Shown: positions 53,281 to 64,000 of the stretch, in pieces
How positions within the stretch are numbered: position 1 is the stretch's first letter
How the letters are laid out: each line of letters opens with the position of its first letter
Assembly: GCF_016903815.1 (NCBI RefSeq)
Contig: NZ_CP069973.1
Direction: 5' to 3' (one strand)
DNA from: Escherichia coli
Lineage (GTDB): Bacteria > Pseudomonadota > Gammaproteobacteria > Enterobacterales > Enterobacteriaceae
Length of the DNA stretch: 64,000 nucleotides
Notes under the pieces: generated by a model
Seen by the model: the letters and a program-made list of their open reading frames with translations, nothing else
Database searches by the model: none
What the model was told of the DNA's origin: nothing
Program-made: the position numbers and the translations under genes

Positions 53281-54207
53281 TTACGCCTCCACCAGCAGAT
53301 CCTGAAAATGCAGCGTGCCGCAAGGCTGGCCCTGCGTGTTCACCACCGGCAGCACCTCGCATCCCCGCGCGACAAACAGGGAGAGCGCATCGCGTAGCGT
53401 CATCTCTTCTGCCAGTGCCTCACCTTCTGCCCGTTCTTCGCGACGCACGTAATCCGCCACACTACGTAACGAAAGCAGGCGGACACCCAGTTCACTATGC
53501 CCAAAAAACTGGCGGACAAAATCATTCGCCGGACGAGTCAGCATCGTCAGCGGATTGCCCTGCTGCACCACTTCACCGTGATCCATCAACACCAGATGTT
53601 CTGCCAGTCGTAGCGCCTCATCAATATCATGAGTGACCAGCACAATGGTACGCCCCAGCAAACGGTGTATGCGCGTCATCTCTTGTTGCAACGCGCCGCG
53701 CGTTACCGGGTCCAGCGCGCCAAAAGGTTCATCCATCAGTAAGACTTGCGGATCGGCAGCCAGTGCGCGCGCCACTCCCACACGTTGCTGCTGACCACCG
53801 GAAAGCTGATGCGGATAACGCTCACGCAAATTTGGCTCCAACCCCAGTAGCGCCATTAATTCGTCGATACGATCGTCGATCCGCGCCCGTGACCATTTTT
53901 GTAATTGCGGCACGGTGGCAATATTTTGCGCCACGCTCCAGTGGGGAAACAGGCCAATAGATTGAATGGCATAGCCCATCCGGCGGCGCAACTCCAGCAC
54001 TGGCAGCGAGCGAATTTCTTCTCCGGCAAAGCGGATCACGCCACTGTCATGCTCCACCAGGCGGTTAATCATTTTCAGAGTGGTGGATTTACCGGAGCCT
54101 GATGTACCAATCAGCACCGAAAAACTCCCCTCCTGAAAATTGAGATTGAGATCGTTAACGGCTTTTTGTATGCCGAACAGTTTGCTGACATGGCTAAATT
54201 CAATCAT
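53281..54207 (-). CDS. yehX: Osmoprotectant ABC ATP-binding protein
   Basis: Walker [10 protein letters not shown], signature [10 protein letters not shown]-terminal CBS-like region. Confidence 0.9.
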   Translation of the reverse strand: MIEFSHVSKLFGIQKAVNDLNLNFQEGSFSVLIGTSGSGKSTTLKMINRLVEHDSGVIRFAGEEIRSLPVLELRRRMGYAIQSIGLFPHWSVAQNIATVPQLQKWSRARIDDRIDELMALLGLEPNLRERYPHQLSGGQQQRVGVARALAADPQVLLMDEPFGALDPVTRGALQQEMTRIHRLLGRTIVLVTHDIDEALRLAEHLVLMDHGEVVQQGNPLTMLTRPANDFVRQFFGHSELGVRLLSLRSVADYVRREERAEGEALAEEMTLRDALSLFVARGCEVLPVVNTQGQPCGTLHFQDLLVEA

Positions 54208-55357
54208 TACGTTTCACCTTCAGCAGTGCGATAAGCAAATCGAACAGCGCATCGATCAGCACCGCCAGAACAATTACCGGGATCACCCCTAGCAACACTA
54301 AATCAATGGCACTGCTTAGCAGCCCCTGGAAAACCAGCGCACCAAAACCGCCTGCGCCGATTAACGCCGCAATCACCGCCATGCCGACGGTTTGCACCAT
54401 CACCACCCGCAGGCTACGCAGAAATACCGGTAACGCCAGTGGTAACTGAACATGCAGGAATCGCTGCGCCCCGCTCATGCCCATCGCTCTGGCGCTCTCC
54501 AGCACATCGCGCGGGATCTGGTTCAAGCCGACTACCACGCCGCGCACCAGCGGCAGCAAGGCATAGAGCACCAGCGCAATCAGTGCGGGTGTCATTCCGG
54601 TTCCTGCTATGCCGAGCTTACCCAGCCACGGAAAGGCCGTAACCAGTGCGGCAAGCGGCGCAATCAACAGGCCAAAGAGCGCCACCGAAGGCACGGTCTG
54701 AATGACATTCAGCAGAGAAAAAATCGCCCCCTGCCGCGCAGTGGAAAAGTAGCACCAGACGCCCAGCGGCACACCAATCACTAACGCAGGCAGCACCGCA
54801 CCAAACAGCAACGTCAGATGTTGCGCCAGCGCGTCATCAAACACATCCTGACGGTTGGCGTATTCTTTCATTAGCGAGAGATCGTTAAGCGCGCCGGAAT
54901 ACAGCAACCACAGCGGAATGATGGCAATCTGCATATGCAACAACCAGCGCCACAGCGGATGCGTGGAGATTCGGCGGATGGCATCGCTACAGGCCAGCAA
55001 TGCCAGCGCCGCAGCCAGCCAGAAACCACTGCCGAGGCTGGTACGCGCCAGCGCACTGCCATTTTGTGCCAGTTGTGTCGCCGCCTTTCCTGCTCCCCAC
55101 ACCAGCAATACGAAGACGAATTGCGCCAGAATGAGTGCAAAAATGCTGCCTTTTTTAGCGGGAATAAAACAGGCTGTCATCCAGGCGCAACCAACGCCCA
55201 CCAGCATCCAGATCGTTTGCGGCCACAGCTGCCAGAGATGACGCCCCTCACCCGAAACTAAACGATTAGGCGCGTAACTGATAAACGGCAGCGCCGCTGC
55301 GATTGCCGTCAGCAACAGCAGCAGCGCCAGAACAGGATTAATACGGAAATAAGTCAC
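54200..55357 (-). CDS. yehY: Osmoprotectant ABC permease
   Basis: 385-aa polytopic permease, 8-nt overlap with yehX. Confidence 0.9.
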   Translation of the reverse strand: MTYFRINPVLALLLLLTAIAAALPFISYAPNRLVSGEGRHLWQLWPQTIWMLVGVGCAWMTACFIPAKKGSIFALILAQFVFVLLVWGAGKAATQLAQNGSALARTSLGSGFWLAAALALLACSDAIRRISTHPLWRWLLHMQIAIIPLWLLYSGALNDLSLMKEYANRQDVFDDALAQHLTLLFGAVLPALVIGVPLGVWCYFSTARQGAIFSLLNVIQTVPSVALFGLLIAPLAALVTAFPWLGKLGIAGTGMTPALIALVLYALLPLVRGVVVGLNQIPRDVLESARAMGMSGAQRFLHVQLPLALPVFLRSLRVVMVQTVGMAVIAALIGAGGFGALVFQGLLSSAIDLVLLGVIPVIVLAVLIDALFDLLIALLKVKRND

Positions 55358-55363
55358 GGGAAA

Positions 55364-56281
55364 TTACTTCGTCCACCCTTTTTGTTTCAGGTAGTCGGCA
55401 GCCACTTTTTTGGCATCCAGTCCTTCCACAGCAATGCTGGCATTCAGTTGCTGCAATGTTTTTTCATCGAGGCTGGCGAAGACTGGCTGTAGCCACTGTG
55501 CCATTTGTGGATACTCTTTCAACACCGACTCACGCACCACTGGTGCAGGCGCGTAGATAGGTTGCACGCCTTGCGGATCGCTTAAGGTTTGCAGCCCCAG
55601 CGCCGCGACCGGGCCGTCAGTGCCGTAAGCCATCGCCGCATTAACGCCAGAGGTTTGCTGGGCAGCGGCTTTGATCGTCACCGCCGTGTCGCCACCAGCC
55701 AGTGACAGCAACTGATCCTGACCGAGCTTAAAGCCATAGGCTTTTTCAAACGCGGGTAACGCATCGGCGCGTTCAATAAATTCTGCCGAGGCCGCCAGTT
55801 TGAAGGTGCCGCCCTCTTTCAGATAACGACTCAGGTCGGCAAGCGAAGTGAGTTTGTTTTTCTCTGCCACATCTTGACGCACGGCGATAGTCCAGGTGTT
55901 ATTTGCAGGCGCGGGCGTCAGCCAGATTAACTTGTTTTGCTCTGCATCGAGTTTTTTGACTTTCTCGTAGCCTTGCCCGGCATTTTTCCATGCCGCATCG
56001 TTTTCATCTTTAAAGAAAAACGCGCCATTGCCGGTATATTCCGGATAGATATCCAGTTCACCGGAAGTAATCGCCCCGCGCACCACGGGAGTCGTTCCCA
56101 GTTGCACTTTATTTACCGTAGGAACACCGTGACTTTCCAGCACCTGCAAAATGATATTGCCGAGCAGCGCGCCTTCGGTATCGATTTTTGAACCGACCTT
56201 AACGGGGGAAGCCGCCTGTAGCGGCAGGCTCACGGCTGCCAACAAAACCAATGAACCTGCCCAGAGCTTTGAGAGTGGCAT
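55364..56281 (-). CDS. osmF: Periplasmic glycine betaine-binding protein
   Basis: 305 aa with signal peptide; first gene of the operon. Confidence 0.9.
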   Translation of the reverse strand: MPLSKLWAGSLVLLAAVSLPLQAASPVKVGSKIDTEGALLGNIILQVLESHGVPTVNKVQLGTTPVVRGAITSGELDIYPEYTGNGAFFFKDENDAAWKNAGQGYEKVKKLDAEQNKLIWLTPAPANNTWTIAVRQDVAEKNKLTSLADLSRYLKEGGTFKLAASAEFIERADALPAFEKAYGFKLGQDQLLSLAGGDTAVTIKAAAQQTSGVNAAMAYGTDGPVAALGLQTLSDPQGVQPIYAPAPVVRESVLKEYPQMAQWLQPVFASLDEKTLQQLNASIAVEGLDAKKVAADYLKQKGWTK

Positions 56282-56375
56282 GATGCTTTCCTCATTCTTT
56301 TACTGTTGTTTTCAGCGAATTAAGAGAAAAGCATAGTTGATAATGACAGGGTTAGCCTGTCTGGGCGGATTCAGT

Positions 56376-56420
56376 TGCAGAATCAGATAAATACTTAAAG
56401 GGCGCAGACGTCGCGCCCTT
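56376..56420 (-). terminator. Putative bglX terminator
   Basis: Hairpin AAGGGCGC-AGACGTC-GCGCCCTT just past the bglX stop, T-rich tail on minus strand. Confidence 0.45.
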
Positions 56421-56429
56421 ACTAAAGCA

Positions 56430-58727
56430 TTACAGCAACTCAAACTCGCCTTTCTTAACGCGTGCGGAATCAGTGCCGATAAAGACATTGAACTTGCCAG
56501 GCTCGGCGTCATATTTCATCTGTTGATTCCAGAACTTCAGCGCCTCGATATCAATCGGGAAGCTGACGGTCTGGGTTTCGCCCGGTTTCAGGGTGATTTT
56601 CTCAAAGCCTTTCAGCTGCTTCACCGGACGACTCATGGAAGCCGTCACATCCTGCAAGTACATCTGCACTACCGTCGCCCCTTCGCGCTTACCGGTGTTC
56701 GTCACCTGCACACTGGCGGTCACTTTGCCGTCACGCTTCATGGTCGGCGCAGAAAGTTTCACATCAGAGACGGTGAAAGTGGTATAGCTCAGACCATAGC
56801 CGAACGGATAAAGCGCCCCGTTAGCTTCATCAAAATAACGCGAAGTGTATTTGTTCGGCTTATCGGCGTTATACGGGCGACCGGTATTCAGATGGCTGTA
56901 GTACACAGGGATCTGCCCGACAGAACGCGGGAAGGACATCGGCAGCTTGCCGGACGGGTTGTAATCGCCAAACAATACATCGGCAATCGCATTCCCCCCT
57001 TCAGTCCCCGCAAACCAGGTTTCCAGAATCGCATCAGCCTGCTGATCTTCTTTCACCAGCGCCAGCGGACGCCCATTCATCAGCACCAGCACCAGCGGTT
57101 TACCGGTGGCTTTCAGCGCCGCAATCAAGTCACGTTGGCTTTGCGGAATAGTGATATCGGTACGGCTGGAAGCCTCGTGCGCCATCCCCTGTGCTTCACC
57201 GACCACAGCCACCACCACATCAGATTGTTTCGCGGTTTGCACCGCTTCATCAATCATCTCTTGCGGCGAACGCGGATCGACTTTGACCGCTTCTTCATAC
57301 TGATTCAGGAAATCGATAATGCCTTTGTCACTGGTAACGTTAGCCCCTTTGGCATACAGCACTTTACCGTTTTCACCGACGGCATTTTTAATCCCGGTCA
57401 GCACGGTCACGGATTGATCGGCAACCCCTGCCGCCGACCAGCTGCCCATCACGTCACGCTTGCTGTCTGCCAGCGGGCCAACCACCGCAATGGTTGCGGA
57501 TTTTTTCAGCGGTAACGTTTCGAGACGGTTTTTCAGCAACACCAGGCTTTCGCGCGCCACTTCACGCGCTTCTTTGCGGTGCAGGCGGCTTTCGGCATTG
57601 GTATCCACCGGGTCAGACTCTTTCGGCCCCAAATGGCTGTATGGGTCGTTAAACAACCCCATATCATATTTAACGTTCAGTACGTGGCGGGCTGCATCGT
57701 CCAGCTCTGCCATGGTCACTTTGCCGGATTTGATCAACCCAGGCAGATACTTCGAGTAATACTCGTCGCTCATACTCATGTTGATGCCGGATTTCAGCGC
57801 CACGCGCACCGCGTCTTCCGGGTCTGCCGCCGTGCCATGTTTAATCAGCTCTTTGATTGCGCCGTGATCGGAAACGGTGATGCCTTTAAAGCCCCACTGG
57901 TCGCGCAGAACATCTTTCAGCAGCCAGGAGTCGGAGGTGGCTGGCGTACCGTTCAGCGAGTTCAGCGCCACCATCACCGCGCCGCTGCCTGCCTCCAGCC
58001 CCGCTTTGTACGGCGGCATATAATCATTAAACAGGCGCTGCGGACTCATATCGACGGTGTTGTACTCTTTACCGCCTTCTACCGCGCCGTAAGCGGCAAA
58101 GTGTTTGACGCTGGTCATCACCGAGTAGCGATCTGCCGGACTTTTACCCTGCATCGCTTCCACCATGGTTTTCCCCATTATTGAGGTGAGATACGTATCT
58201 TCGCCAAAACCTTCGGAAGCACGTCCCCAGCGCGGATCGCGCGAGACATCGACCATTGGTGCCCAGGTCATATTCAGGCCATCATCTGCCGCTTCATAAG
58301 CAGAGACACGCCCGACTGTTTTCACCGCATCGAGGTTAAAAGACGAGGCCAGACCGAGGCTAATCGGGAACACCGTGCGCTGACCGTGCAGCACGTCGTA
58401 AGCAAAGAAAAGAGGAATTTTCAGGCGGCTTAATTCCATCACCTGATCCTGCATGGCGCGGATATCCTGACGGGTTACGGTGTTGAAAATCGCCCCAACC
58501 TGCCCGTCTTTGATCATCTCGCGGATCGCCTCTTTCGGGTTATCCGGGCCGACGCTGATTAAGCGCAGCTGACCAATTTTCTCATCAACTGTCATTTTCT
58601 TAAGCAGTTCGGTGACGAACGCATCCCGCGCTTCAGGCGTTAATGGATGGTTACCGAATAAATCATCCGCCAGTGCTGGCTGCAGAGCCAGACTCACCGC
58701 GATTCCTACTGAACATAGCCATTTCAT
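56430..58727 (-). CDS. bglX: Periplasmic beta-glucosidase (GH3)
   Basis: 765 aa from MKWLCSVGIAVSLALQPALA; GH3 motifs. Confidence 0.9.
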   Translation of the reverse strand: MKWLCSVGIAVSLALQPALADDLFGNHPLTPEARDAFVTELLKKMTVDEKIGQLRLISVGPDNPKEAIREMIKDGQVGAIFNTVTRQDIRAMQDQVMELSRLKIPLFFAYDVLHGQRTVFPISLGLASSFNLDAVKTVGRVSAYEAADDGLNMTWAPMVDVSRDPRWGRASEGFGEDTYLTSIMGKTMVEAMQGKSPADRYSVMTSVKHFAAYGAVEGGKEYNTVDMSPQRLFNDYMPPYKAGLEAGSGAVMVALNSLNGTPATSDSWLLKDVLRDQWGFKGITVSDHGAIKELIKHGTAADPEDAVRVALKSGINMSMSDEYYSKYLPGLIKSGKVTMAELDDAARHVLNVKYDMGLFNDPYSHLGPKESDPVDTNAESRLHRKEAREVARESLVLLKNRLETLPLKKSATIAVVGPLADSKRDVMGSWSAAGVADQSVTVLTGIKNAVGENGKVLYAKGANVTSDKGIIDFLNQYEEAVKVDPRSPQEMIDEAVQTAKQSDVVVAVVGEAQGMAHEASSRTDITIPQSQRDLIAALKATGKPLVLVLMNGRPLALVKEDQQADAILETWFAGTEGGNAIADVLFGDYNPSGKLPMSFPRSVGQIPVYYSHLNTGRPYNADKPNKYTSRYFDEANGALYPFGYGLSYTTFTVSDVKLSAPTMKRDGKVTASVQVTNTGKREGATVVQMYLQDVTASMSRPVKQLKGFEKITLKPGETQTVSFPIDIEALKFWNQQMKYDAEPGKFNVFIGTDSARVKKGEFELL

Positions 58728-58922
58728 ATGGATTTTTCTTCCTTTGTTGCCCGACGTGGCAGCGAAAATGGTGCAAAAACCGTAGTTTGCCATAAGCATG
58801 ATGGAGAGAGAAAAAGAATGCTCAGTTTATTGTCTGAATTTTCAAAATATTCACTCGCTGAATTGTCATACAAGGCGCTATTCTAGTTTGTGATATTTTT
58901 TCGCCACCACAAGGAGTGGAAA

Positions 58923-60638
58923 ATGTCTTCCATGACAACAACTGATAATAAAGCCTTTTTGAATGAACTTGCCCGACTGGTGGGTTCTTCACACCTGCTC
59001 ACCGATCCCGCAAAAACGGCCCGCTATCGCAAGGGCTTCCGTTCTGGTCAGGGCGATGCACTGGCTGTCGTTTTCCCTGGCTCACTACTGGAATTGTGGC
59101 GGGTGCTGAAAGCCTGCGTCACCGCCGACAAAATTATTCTGATGCAGGCAGCCAATACAGGTCTGACCGAAGGCTCGACGCCAAACGGTAACGACTATGA
59201 TCGCGATATCGTGATCATCAGCACCCTGCGTCTCGACAAGCTGCACGTTCTTGGCAAGGGCGAACAGGTGCTGGCCTATCCGGGCACCACGCTTTATTCG
59301 CTGGAAAAAGCCCTCAAACCGCTGGGACGCGAACCGCACTCGGTGATTGGCTCATCGTGTATAGGCGCATCGGTCATCGGCGGTATTTGTAACAACTCCG
59401 GCGGCTCGCTGGTGCAGCGTGGCCCAGCGTATACCGAAATGTCGTTATTCGCGCGTATAAATGAAGACGGCAAACTGACGCTGGTGAACCATCTGGGGAT
59501 TGATCTGGGCGAAACGCCGGAGCAGATCCTTAGCAAGCTGGATGACGATCGCATCAAAGATGACGATGTGCGCCACGATGGTCGTCACGCCCACGATTAT
59601 GACTATGTCCACCGCGTTCGTGATATTGAAGCCGACACGCCCGCACGTTATAACGCCGATCCGGATCGGTTATTTGAATCTTCTGGTTGCGCCGGGAAGC
59701 TGGCCGTCTTTGCGGTACGTCTTGATACCTTCGAAGCGGAAAAAAATCAGCAGGTGTTTTATATCGGCACCAACCAGCCGGAAGTACTGACCGAAATCCG
59801 CCGTCATATTCTGGCTAATTTCGAAAATCTGCCGGTTGCCGGGGAATATATGCACCGGGATATCTACGATATTGCGGAAAAATACGGCAAAGACACCTTC
59901 CTGATGATTGATAAGTTAGGCACCGACAAGATGCCGTTCTTCTTTAATCTCAAGGGGCGCACCGATGCGATGCTGGAGAAAGTGAAATTCTTCCGTCCGC
60001 ATTTTACCGACCGTGCGATGCAAAAATTCGGTCACCTGTTCCCCAGCCATTTACCGCCGCGCATGAAAAACTGGCGCGATAAATATGAACATCATCTGCT
60101 GTTAAAAATGGCGGGCGATGGCGTCGGTGAAGCCAAATCGTGGCTGGTGGATTATTTCAAACAGGCCGAAGGCGATTTCTTTGTCTGTACGCCGGAGGAA
60201 GGTAGCAAAGCGTTTTTACACCGTTTCGCCGCTGCGGGCGCAGCAATTCGTTATCAGGCGGTGCATTCCGATGAAGTCGAAGACATTCTGGCGCTGGATA
60301 TCGCTCTGCGGCGTAACGACACCGAGTGGTATGAGCATTTACCGCCGGAGATCGACAGCCAGCTGGTGCACAAGCTCTATTACGGCCATTTTATGTGCTA
60401 TGTCTTCCATCAGGATTACATCGTTAAAAAAGGCGTGGATGTGCATGCGTTGAAAGAACAGATGCTGGAACTGCTACAGCAGCGCGGCGCGCAATACCCT
60501 GCCGAGCATAATGTCGGTCATTTGTATAAAGCACCGGAGACGTTGCAGAAGTTCTATCGCGAGAACGATCCGACCAACAGTATGAATCCGGGGATCGGTA
60601 AAACCAGTAAGCGGAAAAACTGGCAGGAAGTGGAGTAA
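58923..60638 (+). CDS. dld: FAD-dependent D-lactate dehydrogenase
   Basis: 571 aa from MSSMTTTDNKAFLNEL; track start is an upstream GTG. Confidence 0.9.
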   Translation: MSSMTTTDNKAFLNELARLVGSSHLLTDPAKTARYRKGFRSGQGDALAVVFPGSLLELWRVLKACVTADKIILMQAANTGLTEGSTPNGNDYDRDIVIISTLRLDKLHVLGKGEQVLAYPGTTLYSLEKALKPLGREPHSVIGSSCIGASVIGGICNNSGGSLVQRGPAYTEMSLFARINEDGKLTLVNHLGIDLGETPEQILSKLDDDRIKDDDVRHDGRHAHDYDYVHRVRDIEADTPARYNADPDRLFESSGCAGKLAVFAVRLDTFEAEKNQQVFYIGTNQPEVLTEIRRHILANFENLPVAGEYMHRDIYDIAEKYGKDTFLMIDKLGTDKMPFFFNLKGRTDAMLEKVKFFRPHFTDRAMQKFGHLFPSHLPPRMKNWRDKYEHHLLLKMAGDGVGEAKSWLVDYFKQAEGDFFVCTPEEGSKAFLHRFAAAGAAIRYQAVHSDEVEDILALDIALRRNDTEWYEHLPPEIDSQLVHKLYYGHFMCYVFHQDYIVKKGVDVHALKEQMLELLQQRGAQYPAEHNVGHLYKAPETLQKFYRENDPTNSMNPGIGKTSKRKNWQEVE

Positions 60639-60641
60639 TAA

Positions 60642-60671
60642 TTACGGATGGCAGAGTATCGCCATCCGTAA
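60642..60671. terminator. Bidirectional terminator between dld and pbpG
   Basis: 11-bp stem TTACGGATGGC/GCCATCCGTAA between convergent stops. Confidence 0.5.
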
Positions 60672-60676
60672 TTCAT

Positions 60677-61609
60677 TTAATCGTTCTGTGCCGTCTGCCC
60701 CGCCGCCGCCATTTGGGCGGCTTTTTGTTTTTTATAGCTCAACGCTGCTGCCGGAACAGGCATCACTTTACCGGTTTCAATCCAGGTACGCAGGCGGCTG
60801 GCATCGGCAAAATGGGTATATTTGCCAAACGCGTCCATCACTACCAGCGCCACCGGTTTATTATTGATAACCGTACGCATCACCAGACAATGGCCCGCCG
60901 CATTGGTAAAGCCGGTTTTGGTTAACTGAATATTCCAGTTATCGCGATACACCAGATGGTTAGTATTGCGGAACGGCAGCGTATACGTCGGGTTAGAGAA
61001 GGTTGCCATATCTTCCCGGGTGGTACTTAACTGCCCGATCAACGGATATTGTTTGCTGGCAATGAGCAGTTTGGTTAAGTCACGGGCGGTTGAAACGTTA
61101 TGCACCGACAATCCGGTCGGTTCAACAAAGCGCGTGTTGTTCATTCCGAGCGATTTCGCTTTCGCATTCATCGCCTTAATAAAGGCTTTGTAACCACCGG
61201 GATAATGGTGCGCAAGGCTTGCCGCCGCGCGGTTTTCTGAAGACATCAGCGCCAGCAACAGCATATCTTTACGGCTGATTTCGCTATTCAGTCGTACGCG
61301 CGAATAGACCCCTTTCATCTCCGGCGTCTGGCTGATATCCACTTTTAGTTTTTCATCCAGCGGCAGTCGTGCATCCAGCACAACCATCGCGGTCATTAAT
61401 TTGCTGATAGACGCAATCGGGCGCACCAGATCCGGGTGGTTCGAATAGATCACTTTGTTGGTATTCAGATCAACAATCATCGCGCTACCGGAGGCAATTT
61501 CCGGCTGTGAAGCGGTGGTAGCGGCTGCCGTTTTCGCAACGGCCTGCGGTGCAAAAGGCACAGCCAGCATCAGGGCCAGGCTAAATAAAGAAACTCGAAA
61601 TTTCGGCAT
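60677..61609 (-). CDS. pbpG: D-alanyl-D-alanine endopeptidase (PBP7)
   Basis: Signal peptide and SxxK active site (ASISKLMT). Confidence 0.85.
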
Positions 61610-61782
61610 GATGAGCATTCAGATAGTGGTTCACGCGCACGGGTTGCGCACCGCCGGAGTAAGGATTTACTGAGGCTAGCGACGCCATCATAACGAGCAA
61701 AAAGTGCGATCGTCAAAGGAGAATCGTGAGGAAATGCTGCATTGCTGACATTTACGCCAGCAATGCAACACAAAAGAACTTT

Positions 61783-62370
61783 CTAGAACAAACGATAACC
61801 GTAACCCCATAGTATAACGGTAAGGGCGAGCAGCACTTCCAGCACCAGCACGCCTATCGCCAGCGTCGAACTGGAGAAGCTAAGGCCTTCCTCTTTGTTG
61901 ATATTCAGGAAGCTCGGAATACCGAGATAAAGCAGGTAGCCGGTGTAAAACAGCGCCACCGTGCCGACCAGCGCACACAACCAGACCAGCGGATAAAGCG
62001 CCACCAGACCGCTTAAAAACAGCGGAGTTGCAACGTAGCCCGCGAAGACCATGCAGTGCGCAAGTGACGGACGCTGTGGGTAATTGCGCGCCATCCACCA
62101 GATGACCCGCCCCATCACCGCGACCCCAGCCAGCATAACGCCGTAAAACAAGACAGCCAGCGCCAGTCCGGTAAACCAGGATAACTTCAGAATAGTGCCA
62201 TCGCCAAAATTCCAGCCAATCTGTGTAGTGCCAATGAAGGCGCAAATCACCGGAATCGCCGCCATCAGCAAAACGTGGTGGGTGTAGTGATGAGAAATCG
62301 TTTCGTTTTCACGATTAATCACCTGCATTTCACGATCGGGATGGGAAAACAGTCCCCAGACATGGCTCAT
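61783..62370 (-). CDS. yohC: Yip1-family inner membrane protein
   Basis: 195 aa from MSHVWGLFSHP; polytopic. Confidence 0.8.
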   Translation of the reverse strand: MSHVWGLFSHPDREMQVINRENETISHHYTHHVLLMAAIPVICAFIGTTQIGWNFGDGTILKLSWFTGLALAVLFYGVMLAGVAVMGRVIWWMARNYPQRPSLAHCMVFAGYVATPLFLSGLVALYPLVWLCALVGTVALFYTGYLLYLGIPSFLNINKEEGLSFSSSTLAIGVLVLEVLLALTVILWGYGYRLF

Positions 62371-62539
62371 ACCGCCCCCTTGTTGTGAGTTCATGAACCT
62401 GACAGTTCAAGTATAAGCCAGCTTGTGATTATTTTTTGTTCGCTCATATAATTTGCACCGTCTGATGTACGTCCTTTTTCAGCGTGAACTATTCACAGGG
62501 TGTATGCTTACAGGCAACTAAAGGGAGACAGACTGGCCT

Positions 62540-63118
62540 ATGGATCTCAATACACTCATCTCACAATATGGTTATGCCGCGCTGGTGATCGGTAGCCTGG
62601 CGGAAGGTGAAACCGTGACTTTGCTGGGAGGCGTTGCGGCACATCAGGGGCTATTAAAGTTCCCGCTGGTGGTACTTTCTGTGGCGCTTGGCGGCATGAT
62701 TGGCGACCAGGTGCTTTATCTGTGCGGGCGGCGGTTTGGCGGCAAGCTGTTACGCCGTTTCTCGAAACATCAGGATAAAATTGAGCGGGCGCAGAAACTT
62801 ATCCAACGCCATCCGTATCTGTTTGTCATTGGTACGCGTTTTATGTATGGCTTTAGGGTGATTGGCCCGACGCTGATTGGTGCCAGCCAGCTGCCGCCGA
62901 AAATCTTTCTGCCACTGAATATCCTTGGCGCATTTGCCTGGGCGTTGATTTTTACCACTATCGGTTACGCTGGTGGTCAGGTGATTGCGCCGTGGTTGCA
63001 CAATCTCGACCAGCATTTGAAGCACTGGGTCTGGTTGATTCTGGTCGTGGTTCTGGTGGTAGGCGTGCGCTGGTGGCTGAAACGACGCGGGAAGAAAAAG
63101 CCGGATAATCAGGCGTAA
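62540..63118 (+). CDS. yohD: DedA-family inner membrane protein
   Basis: 192-aa DedA/SNARE-associated-type membrane protein. Confidence 0.85.
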   Translation: MDLNTLISQYGYAALVIGSLAEGETVTLLGGVAAHQGLLKFPLVVLSVALGGMIGDQVLYLCGRRFGGKLLRRFSKHQDKIERAQKLIQRHPYLFVIGTRFMYGFRVIGPTLIGASQLPPKIFLPLNILGAFAWALIFTTIGYAGGQVIAPWLHNLDQHLKHWVWLILVVVLVVGVRWWLKRRGKKKPDNQA

Positions 63119-63128
63119 AACCATTGCC

Positions 63129-63207
63129 TAGGATAAGGCGTTCGCGCCGCATCCGACATCCGGTGCACCATGCCTGATGCGACGCTTGTGCGTCTTATCA
63201 TGCCTAC
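63129..63207. repeat. REP elements (pair)
   Basis: GGATAAGGCGTTCGCGCCGCATCCGACATCCGG and TGCCTGATGCGACGCTTGTGCGTCTTATCATGCCTAC are REP-family palindromes. Confidence 0.5.
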
Positions 63208-63247
63208 CCAAATATTACCCATTGAAATAACCACGCACCTCACTGCG

Positions 63248-64000
63248 CTATTCTGGGTTGAACTGCGGATTCGCCAGCATAAAGCCGCCATCCACTATCA
63301 ACGACTGCCCAGTGGTGTAATTTGCGCCCTCCGAACAAAGCCACACCACCAGGCTGGCAATCTCATGCGTTGCGCCAAAACGCCGCAAGGGAATCGAAGG
63401 CTCCGCGCCGGGCTTCACGTCGCCATCATCCATGCCGTTCATTGGCGTGGCGATCGCCCCAGGTGCAACCGCATTCACCAAAATCTTATGCCTGACCAGC
63501 TCCAGCGCCATCGCTTTGGTTAACCCGCCGAGCGCATGTTTAGCGGCTGTGTAGGCGCTGGCATCCGGCAACGGCGTATGTTCATGCACCGACGTAATGT
63601 TGATGATGCGACCACCCTGCCCTTGTTTCACCATCTGGCGGGCAGCAATTTGCGAGCATAAAAATGCACCATCGACATCAACGGTAAAAATCTTGCGCCA
63701 CTCATCGAAAGCCATATCAAGAAACGGCGCTTTGGTCATTGCACCCGCATTATTCACCAGCACATCAATACGCCCCAGCCGTTGAATGAGTTTCTCCAGC
63801 GCCAGTGCCCCTTCTGGTAGATTGCCGAGATCCAGCTGCACGATCTCCGCACGTACGCCGTGGCTAACTACCTCACGCGCGGTATCTTTTGCCCCTTCTT
63901 CATCTGAGTGCCAGGTAATACCAATATCAAACCCCTGCTGCGCCAGTAATAACGCGCACTCTTTGCCGATCCCCGAATCGGAAGCGGTAATAATCGCAAC
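63248..64000 (-). CDS. yohF: Short-chain dehydrogenase/reductase, 5' end cut by window
   Basis: Minus-strand translation at the window edge reads VAIITASDSGIGKECALLLAQQGFD (TGxxxGIG Rossmann motif). Confidence 0.8.
   Translation of the reverse strand, partial: VAIITASDSGIGKECALLLAQQGFDIGITWHSDEEGAKDTAREVVSHGVRAEIVQLDLGNLPEGALALEKLIQRLGRIDVLVNNAGAMTKAPFLDMAFDEWRKIFTVDVDGAFLCSQIAARQMVKQGQGGRIINITSVHEHTPLPDASAYTAAKHALGGLTKAMALELVRHKILVNAVAPGAIATPMNGMDDGDVKPGAEPSIPLRRFGATHEIASLVVWLCSEGANYTTGQSLIVDGGFMLANPQFNPE

Overview
Enterobacterial (E. coli-like) chromosomal segment, about 47 min on the K-12 map by gene content. Left end (1..6143) is the int-proximal arm of a P2-like prophage: a truncated C5-cytosine methyltransferase start at the variable cargo locus, then A, four small ORFs, B, orf78-like, cox, C and int, ending at a 27-bp stretch that matches my recollection of the P2 att core. 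Host genes follow in conserved order: yegR, yegS, gatR-gatDCBA-gatZ(frameshifted)-gatY, fbaB, yegTUV, yegW, yegX, thiMD with TPP riboswitch, rcnR/rcnA/rcnB, the yehABCD chaperone-usher fimbrial cluster, yehE, mrp, metG, then yehR, yehS, btsSR, mlrA, yohO, yehWXY-osmF, bglX, dld, pbpG, yohC, yohD and the 3' part of yohF. The most interesting region is 33466..47898: a tightly coupled six-ORF operon of three tandem giant MolR/YehI-family paralogs (two ~1265 aa with an N-terminal WGR-like module, a third lacking it and ending at an in-frame TGA), an Ala/Leu-rich 479-aa ORF, a VWA protein (YehP) and a double-SWIM zinc-finger protein (YehQ). No P-loop ATPase is visible in that interval. All calls come from reading the sequence and ORF translations; no database search was run. 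Where the ORF track start is an upstream GTG/TTG extension I give the likely true start.
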